Positions 58,770 through 64,000 of a DNA stretch of 64,000 bases are shown piece after piece. A program made the position numbers and the translations under genes. This stretch comes from an uncultured virus (IMG/VR IMGVR_UViG_3300018424_000012) (taxonomy: Duplodnaviria > Heunggongvirae > Uroviricota > Caudoviricetes). Within the stretch, counting starts at the first letter, position 1; each line of letters starts with the position of its first letter. The stretch lies in the IMG/VR virus record IMGVR_UViG_3300018424_000012; one strand, given 5' to 3'. Below the pieces are notes generated by a model. That model saw only the letters and a program-made list of their open reading frames with translations. It was not told the origin of the DNA and did no database searches.

Positions 58770-59783
58770 TCAATCATCTTTATTATATGGACACACTCCT
58801 TTTTGTTTATACCCAAATACTTCTTTGAATTTTCTATATGCTTTCGCTCCACTCCAGTGAGCATTCATAAAGTAAAACATCTGACGGTCTCTTTCACGCT
58901 CTTCTTCTGTAGACTTTCGAACTTCTAATGGTAACATTTCTCTTTTGATTGGTATATGACAAATCAATGGGTCACCAAAATTCATAGAAAATTGAATACC
59001 TTTTCTCTTAATAAAGAAAAACATATTACTTTCGTGCCAGTAATCTGTATTTAATATACCTGGCATTACTTGCAGACAATCATTAAAATGATATGTTGGA
59101 TCAGTGTATAAAACACTCCAACCAGGAGGAGTACATATTCTCCAAGGTGTTTCTAATTTAAGTAAAGTGGTGCACCACTCTTCAGGTAGTTGTTCTACCA
59201 TAGTAGTGTATTGAGCATCAGGATGTATTTTAAAATTAACTGTGGTTTCAGGTCTTTTTTGAAATGCTCTCCAGTCTCCAATTTCTTCTGTAGTATATCC
59301 TATACCTTGTAAGTATTGATGCACGGTATCACTGTCTGGATTCAACATTTCAAGTTTAGTAAAGTCACTACTTCTAGTTTCCCAGTCGGCACCTATTGTT
59401 TCACTTCCATCAGTTGCAGTATGGGTAAGTACTTGTGTTCCGTCTAATGTTGTAGTAATAATAGCATTAGACCAGAAAGGGACCATGTATCCAGTTGTCA
59501 TGATATCTTGCATACCAGGACATGTTTTGATAGTCTGTCCATCAGTTCCAAAATCAGGATGAATACCTATAGGGGCGTGCCTTTGTAATTGTTCCGCTAA
59601 AGGTTTAGTATTTTCTACATTTTGTTTAGGTAATTTTTTATACCACTCTGGAATCCAGCGAGACATTGGTTTAGGTGCCGCCCACTTTTCCATACCTTCA
59701 ACATGCGAATAGTATTGCATCTTTGGTGGAGTGTAACTTTTCTTTGCTAACCATTGAGCAAAGTCTTGAATGACTTCTCTCAC
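58770..59783 (-). CDS. Hypothetical protein
   Basis: 337 aa; PEWYK, TIKTCPG..D....GY, PW...TPPGWS, PG...TD. Confidence 0.7.
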   Translation of the reverse strand: MREVIQDFAQWLAKKSYTPPKMQYYSHVEGMEKWAAPKPMSRWIPEWYKKLPKQNVENTKPLAEQLQRHAPIGIHPDFGTDGQTIKTCPGMQDIMTTGYMVPFWSNAIITTTLDGTQVLTHTATDGSETIGADWETRSSDFTKLEMLNPDSDTVHQYLQGIGYTTEEIGDWRAFQKRPETTVNFKIHPDAQYTTMVEQLPEEWCTTLLKLETPWRICTPPGWSVLYTDPTYHFNDCLQVMPGILNTDYWHESNMFFFIKRKGIQFSMNFGDPLICHIPIKREMLPLEVRKSTEEERERDRQMFYFMNAHWSGAKAYRKFKEVFGYKQKGVCPYNKDD

Positions 59784-60073
59784 TTTTTATTCCTATGCTT
59801 TTCCAAAATACTTTTTGTTTTAACTTCAGCATTCGTTTTAGAACGATAACTATCTAAGTTCGAACCTGGATTCTTTTCTGCAATTCTAGAAAATACTTCT
59901 CGCATACCATCGGATTCTTTATTGCGAATAGAAACTCCACCCACAATAGCAGGTGCAGATACAATGCTATCGAGATGCGGGTTCGTTTTTTTGAAATCAT
60001 CCAATTCTGAAATTGACATGAAATGTTCTTCAACTTCTCCAGTTGCTTGGTTTATAAAATTATATGTTGGCAT
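59780..60073 (-). CDS. FmdB-like small protein lacking Cys
   Basis: MPTY.F....TGE, NPH. Confidence 0.7.
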   Translation of the reverse strand: MPTYNFINQATGEVEEHFMSISELDDFKKTNPHLDSIVSAPAIVGGVSIRNKESDGMREVFSRIAEKNPGSNLDSYRSKTNAEVKTKSILEKHRNKK

Positions 60074-60647
60074 ATTCTGTATCACTATTTAGATTTGTAA
60101 GATTGTACCAGTCAGGTACATTACGTTTAGACCACACAGCAAAAGTCTTTTTTGCCACGCGATAGAAATTACGATAAGCAGAAATACTATCACCTTCTAC
60201 CATGCATTGCGGAAATTGTTTCATTGCTTGTGGAGGTTCGACAAAAGATTTGTCTTCGATGTTACTAGGGGGTGTTGCTAGAATTTCATTGAGTAAATCG
60301 TAACTTTTGTGGGAGTGTCCGTAACGATATACGAATTCTTTATGAAGTTCAGTCCAGAGTGAGTACAACCACTCATAATGAGAACGAGACTGACGAGTCC
60401 AAACACCCGAAGGATGATTGACATGACATGCTTTGTATATAATGTTCTCATAATTGTCGGATAGTCTCCAGCGTTTTACTCTACGACCAGTCTGCGATTT
60501 ACCTATGTATTCATCGCCGTCTAAGACCCTGTGGGCGGTCGACATCAGTTGTGCATACTCGACAAGCATCTTGCTCACATGTTTGTCTACATGCCACTCA
60601 GCGCACGTTTTAGGGTCATTATGTAAATAGAATATATTCATTGTCAC
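60060..60647 (-). CDS. Pyrimidine dimer DNA glycosylase-like protein
   Basis: MNIFYL..DP..CA..H.DKH..KM.VEYAQL.ST, H.NHPS..W, AYR.FY. Confidence 0.85.
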   Translation of the reverse strand: MTMNIFYLHNDPKTCAEWHVDKHVSKMLVEYAQLMSTAHRVLDGDEYIGKSQTGRRVKRWRLSDNYENIIYKACHVNHPSGVWTRQSRSHYEWLYSLWTELHKEFVYRYGHSHKSYDLLNEILATPPSNIEDKSFVEPPQAMKQFPQCMVEGDSISAYRNFYRVAKKTFAVWSKRNVPDWYNLTNLNSDTEYANI

Positions 60648-60683
60648 CTCTTTGTATCATACAGTATTCATTATGTCAAGTAT

Positions 60684-60935
60684 TTATTGTTCTTCAAGTT
60701 TCTTTTGCAACTTGCGCCAGCGTCTTACTGCTTCTTTTTTCTTACGCTGTTTCTTTTCGGATGGTTTTTCAAATTGCTTACGCATCTTCAGTTCTTTGAG
60801 TACTCCTGCTTTCTGCACTTTCTTCTTAAAGATACGCATTGCTTTCTCTAGATTACCATCTCTAACAGTAACAGTTAATCCCTCATCTTTAGGGGGTCTT
60901 TCTTTTCTTGTGTGTTTATAGTTTTTATAAGTCAT
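60684..60935 (-). CDS. rpsU: Ribosomal protein bS21
   Basis: V.VR..N.EKA.R.FKKK....G...E...R..FEKPS.K..RKK..A.RR. Confidence 0.93.
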   Translation of the reverse strand: MTYKNYKHTRKERPPKDEGLTVTVRDGNLEKAMRIFKKKVQKAGVLKELKMRKQFEKPSEKKQRKKKEAVRRWRKLQKKLEEQ

Positions 60936-60941
60936 GCAATC

Positions 60942-60970
60942 AATATACTCTACTTATCTATCTTTGTCAA
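60942..60970 (-). promoter_or_regulatory. Sigma70-type promoter for rpsU
   Basis: TTGACA-17 nt-TATATT ending 6 nt before the ATG. Confidence 0.7.
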
Positions 60971-61600
60971 GACAGATTCCTCATATTTACCGAAATTCAT
61001 GGCAATAGTCATTCTATCTTTTTCTAAATCAAACTCTGTCATTTTTTTTCTTATATAAGGTACTGTGTGTAGCATGTAACCAGGAAAGATTACAAGTGTG
61101 CCCGTCTGGGAATATGCTTCATATGCTCTTCTAGTGACTTCAGTTACATCACAAGCATCATAATGATTATGAAAAGTATGGTGATTAGGATTTAAGAATA
61201 GAGTAGGTGTCAAATCATTAGTAGCATAATAGATAGCACACACTTCATGATTGCCATGATTGTGTGCTTCTTGAAAATGATGACCTTCAATATATCTGTT
61301 GAACCACATTTGAGTAATTTTATTCGGTAGGTGTGGTTTGTACCAACCAACTTCTACCATATATTGATTTACATGCTTCTCAACAACTTCAATAAAAGAA
61401 ATGTTGTCTCTCGCAAATTCAAGATTGATTTCTTCATTTTCAAATGAAGTTATAAGTTTGCAATCCCAGAAATTGGATGCGCTATTCTCATCTATAGTTT
61501 CTGATAATTCAATGACAGACTTAACAATACTATCATTATTCACCTCATCACTTATATCCAATCTTGCAATTGGATGTGGAAACACATAATCTATTTGCAT
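60950..61600 (-). CDS. Putative 2OG-Fe(II) oxygenase (TIGR02466-like)
   Basis: MWFN.Y, QE.HNH, IFPGY.LH.V, R.TIA.N. Confidence 0.8.
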   Translation of the reverse strand: MQIDYVFPHPIARLDISDEVNNDSIVKSVIELSETIDENSASNFWDCKLITSFENEEINLEFARDNISFIEVVEKHVNQYMVEVGWYKPHLPNKITQMWFNRYIEGHHFQEAHNHGNHEVCAIYYATNDLTPTLFLNPNHHTFHNHYDACDVTEVTRRAYEAYSQTGTLVIFPGYMLHTVPYIRKKMTEFDLEKDRMTIAMNFGKYEESVLTKIDK

Positions 61601-61614
61601 AATAAAATTCCTAT

Positions 61615-62211
61615 TTAAATATTATCTATATTATCGTCATCTTCTTTAAGAATGTTTGTGCGTACTCGCTTCATATCAGCAGGTAAAGTACCATCTAATC
61701 TTTTAACAACTCTATATTGGTCTACAGTCAAGACTTCTTTAATACCGAAATAGTCACCATCCATCCACTTTACTGAAATAGTCCAATCCATGAAATTTCT
61801 AACATGTATCACTTTTGCTAACTTTTTGTGTTTTCTCTCGTTTCCAGGAAAGTTTCCTTCAACAAGGTCACCAGGAAAAAGTTGTGAATTTTTAGGATAC
61901 TTTTTATTACCATAGTAAACATGTGTTACACTATCATCTACATCATCTTCATAGGTAAATTTAAGTCCTTGTTTCGCAAGTTCTTCTTTAGATGGTATTA
62001 GACCCTGTTCTATCATCTGCTTATAATTTTTTCTGGAAATTTCAGGAGGAGTATTTGGCATTCTAGCAGTAGCAATATCAGCATTAGACAGAACACCCAC
62101 TTTGCTGACAATATTGTCCCTACCATTATTTGTAAATCTACTACCGCCTTTAATAAAAGTAATAGTTCCATCAGGATTCAACTTACGTTGAGTTTTATCG
62201 TAATCTGACAT
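61615..62211 (-). CDS. Hypothetical protein
   Basis: 198 aa; GAGGA RBS; late boxes at 62239-62246 and 62278-62285. Confidence 0.7.
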   Translation of the reverse strand: MSDYDKTQRKLNPDGTITFIKGGSRFTNNGRDNIVSKVGVLSNADIATARMPNTPPEISRKNYKQMIEQGLIPSKEELAKQGLKFTYEDDVDDSVTHVYYGNKKYPKNSQLFPGDLVEGNFPGNERKHKKLAKVIHVRNFMDWTISVKWMDGDYFGIKEVLTVDQYRVVKRLDGTLPADMKRVRTNILKEDDDNIDNI

Positions 62212-62299
62212 TTTGTTCCTCTACTATAATTATATGAGTATTTATACGATAGTTGGTTTTATAAATACTTTCATAGTTATTTATAATCGGAGAATAAGC

Positions 62300-63007
62300 A
62301 TGTCTAAGAAATATTCGGAACTTAAAGATGATATCATCGTTGAGCAAATTAAAGAACTGAATGAAGGCGTTTATGATCCAGGCATCTTCAAAGCATTCTT
62401 TCTAGCAGGAGGTCCTGGTTCAGGTAAGTCTTATGTTCAGAAAAAGACGACTTCAGGTATGGGACTGAAAGTTGTAAATTCTGATGACGTTTATGAAAAG
62501 ATGCTCAAAGATGCTGGTCTAGATACTACACCAGAAGATATCTACTCAGATAAAGGTCAAGAAATTCGTGGTAGAGCAAAAGCAACTACCAAGCGAATGC
62601 AGAGTAATTTCTTGATGGGTCGTCTTGGTGTTGTCATTGATGGTACCGGTAAAGACTTTGAAAAAATTCAAAGACAAGCGGCGGCACTAAAGCAACTTGG
62701 TTACGACACTTACATGATTTTTGTAAACACTTCAGAAGAAGTTGCACAACAGAGAAATCAAGAAAGAAAAAGAACACTACCTAGAGAAGAAGTTACAAAG
62801 ATGTGGAATGGTGTACAACAAAACATCGGTGCATTTCAGCGTTTCTTTGGTGGTAAGAACTTCATCATTCTAGATAACAATGGTCCAAATGATGATGTGC
62901 TTCAAATGGTGTTTAAGAGAGTTCGTGGACTAGTTAAAACACCAGTCAAAAACTATATTGCTAAACAATGGATTGCTAACGAGTTAGAAAAGAAAAGAAG
63001 GAGATAA
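62300..63007 (+). CDS. Zeta-toxin-like P-loop kinase
   Basis: GGPGSGKS, NSDD, IDGTG, RN..R.R; GGAGA RBS before ATG 62300; late promoter 62260-62267. Confidence 0.85.
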   Translation: MSKKYSELKDDIIVEQIKELNEGVYDPGIFKAFFLAGGPGSGKSYVQKKTTSGMGLKVVNSDDVYEKMLKDAGLDTTPEDIYSDKGQEIRGRAKATTKRMQSNFLMGRLGVVIDGTGKDFEKIQRQAAALKQLGYDTYMIFVNTSEEVAQQRNQERKRTLPREEVTKMWNGVQQNIGAFQRFFGGKNFIILDNNGPNDDVLQMVFKRVRGLVKTPVKNYIAKQWIANELEKKRRR

Positions 63008-63017
63008 TTCTCCTTCT
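62996..63017. terminator. Hairpin between convergent genes, possible bidirectional terminator
   Basis: AGAAGGAGA-TAAT-TCTCCTTCT. Confidence 0.55.
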
Positions 63018-63019
63018 AC

Positions 63020-63217
63020 TTAGTTGTCATCCAACATTATTCTTTTTGCCTCTTCATAGTAACCCATTTGTGATAATGCATGTGCCGCTCTTGCACGTCC
63101 TGCAGTCTCACTAATTGTGATTACAAATACTAAACCCGCAATAAATGCAGTTCTAATCACCTCACATGCTTTGCATGTGTATTCATAACTGTTGTGTAAT
63201 GCTATGCCAATCGACAT
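63020..63217 (-). CDS. Hypothetical small protein
   Basis: 65 aa; AGGAGA RBS; GRARAA..L..MGY.EEAK. Confidence 0.7.
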   Translation of the reverse strand: MSIGIALHNSYEYTCKACEVIRTAFIAGLVFVITISETAGRARAAHALSQMGYYEEAKRIMLDDN

Positions 63218-63223
63218 TTATTT

Positions 63224-63385
63224 CTATCTCCTGTATTTTATATAATTGTTATAGTACGCAAGCGCATCATCGTCTTGTAGATGTTTCGTATCATCAGAAA
63301 ATTCAGTTCTAATAAAACGAATAATGTCCGAGTTTGGGTTTGATCCTACTAATGTATTGAATAATTTTTTGAACAAGTTCTTCAT
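63224..63385 (-). CDS. Hypothetical small protein (53 aa)
   Basis: AAGGA RBS before ATG 63385; MKNLFKKLF...IIRFIRTEF. Confidence 0.65.
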   Translation of the reverse strand: MKNLFKKLFNTLVGSNPNSDIIRFIRTEFSDDTKHLQDDDALAYYNNYIKYRR

Positions 63386-63591
63386 GCTATTATCCTTAAA
63401 CGCCCGCACCACTTTTGACTTGACCCCTTGGCACAAGTCATATATACTAGTGTATAGTGTGATGATGTTGTACAGTGTTGCACTGCACAAATCTATTTAT
63501 ACAAGAGACTAGAAAAAAGGTCAACAGTATTGATGTTTTTTTAGAATAACACATGTGACAAAAACGCACAAGTAACATAATGGAGCATATA

Positions 63592-64000
63592 ATGAAAGTA
63601 AAGTTGATTTCATATTCGCAACCACCACTCGGTGACATTGAAGGTTTAGATGATGTACAAGACTTAATCGCTTATTGCGCGAGAGTATCAAACCCTAGCG
63701 GACAGATGAACTCCGCAACATCTAAAAAACTTCTATCATATCTAGCAAAGCATAGTCATTGGTCACCTTTTGAGATGGTGTCTGCTTGTTTAGAAATTGA
63801 GACTACAAGAGATATCGCAAGACAAATTCTCAGACACCGTTCATTCAGTTTTCAAGAGTTTAGTCAACGGTATGCTAATCCAACAGAAGATTTAGAGTTT
63901 GTAATTAGAGAAGCGAGATTGCAAGATGAAAAAAATAGACAAAACAGCATCGCCACAGAGGATGAAATTCTACAAGAAGCATGGGCGGCAAGACAAAGAG
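63592..64000 (+). CDS. thyX: Flavin-dependent thymidylate synthase, partial
   Basis: Not in ORF track: IAYCARVSNP, HWSPFEM, RDIARQILRHRSFSFQEFSQRYA. Confidence 0.95.
   Translation, partial: MKVKLISYSQPPLGDIEGLDDVQDLIAYCARVSNPSGQMNSATSKKLLSYLAKHSHWSPFEMVSACLEIETTRDIARQILRHRSFSFQEFSQRYANPTEDLEFVIREARLQDEKNRQNSIATEDEILQEAWAARQR

Noticed and set aside
62213..62299. N-terminal extension of the kinase ORF
   Set aside because: Spans the promoter region; RBS and late promoter support ATG 62300
1..64000. Stop-codon reassignment
   Set aside because: Core genes are full length in the standard code, and TAA, TAG and TGA all act as stops

Overview
AT-rich 64 kb segment of a T4-like myovirus genome (marine cyanophage/pelagiphage-style gene order), read with the standard genetic code. 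Positions 1-44.8 kb (minus strand) hold the late structural cluster: gp3 (partial), gp23, gp22, gp21, gp68-like, gp67, gp20, gp19, gp18, gp17, gp16, gp15, gp14, gp13, a fibre/accessory block, a VrlC-like protein, gp8, gp7, gp6, gp25, PAAR, gp5, hub, gp53 and gp48. Positions 44.8-50.2 kb (plus strand) hold gp4, gp2, gp54, gp26/gp51 and the tape measure. Positions 50.9-64 kb hold gp32, gp59, gp33 and auxiliary genes (2OG-Fe oxygenases, SleB, GH108, PhoH, DenV-like, bS21, zeta-like kinase, partial thyX). The most notable features are absent from, or unexplained by, the ORF track: (1) a circularly permuted alphaproteobacterial-type two-piece tmRNA (tag ANDNIAYEDVRLAA) with overlapping sigma70 and late promoters; (2) an MsmA-like oxygenase lacking the Rieske ligands directly upstream; (3) a T TTT TTA -1 frameshift site that would fuse gp26 to gp51; (4) a 598-aa apparent head polyprotein of basic modules separated by prohead-protease-type [LI]-x-E sites, plus other proteins with capsid-targeting-like leaders; (5) an RBS-sequestering hairpin around the gp13 late promoter; (6) a five-gene paralog array in the fibre block. 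The host is inferred to be a marine alphaproteobacterium. All family assignments come from motif recognition and synteny; no database searches were run.
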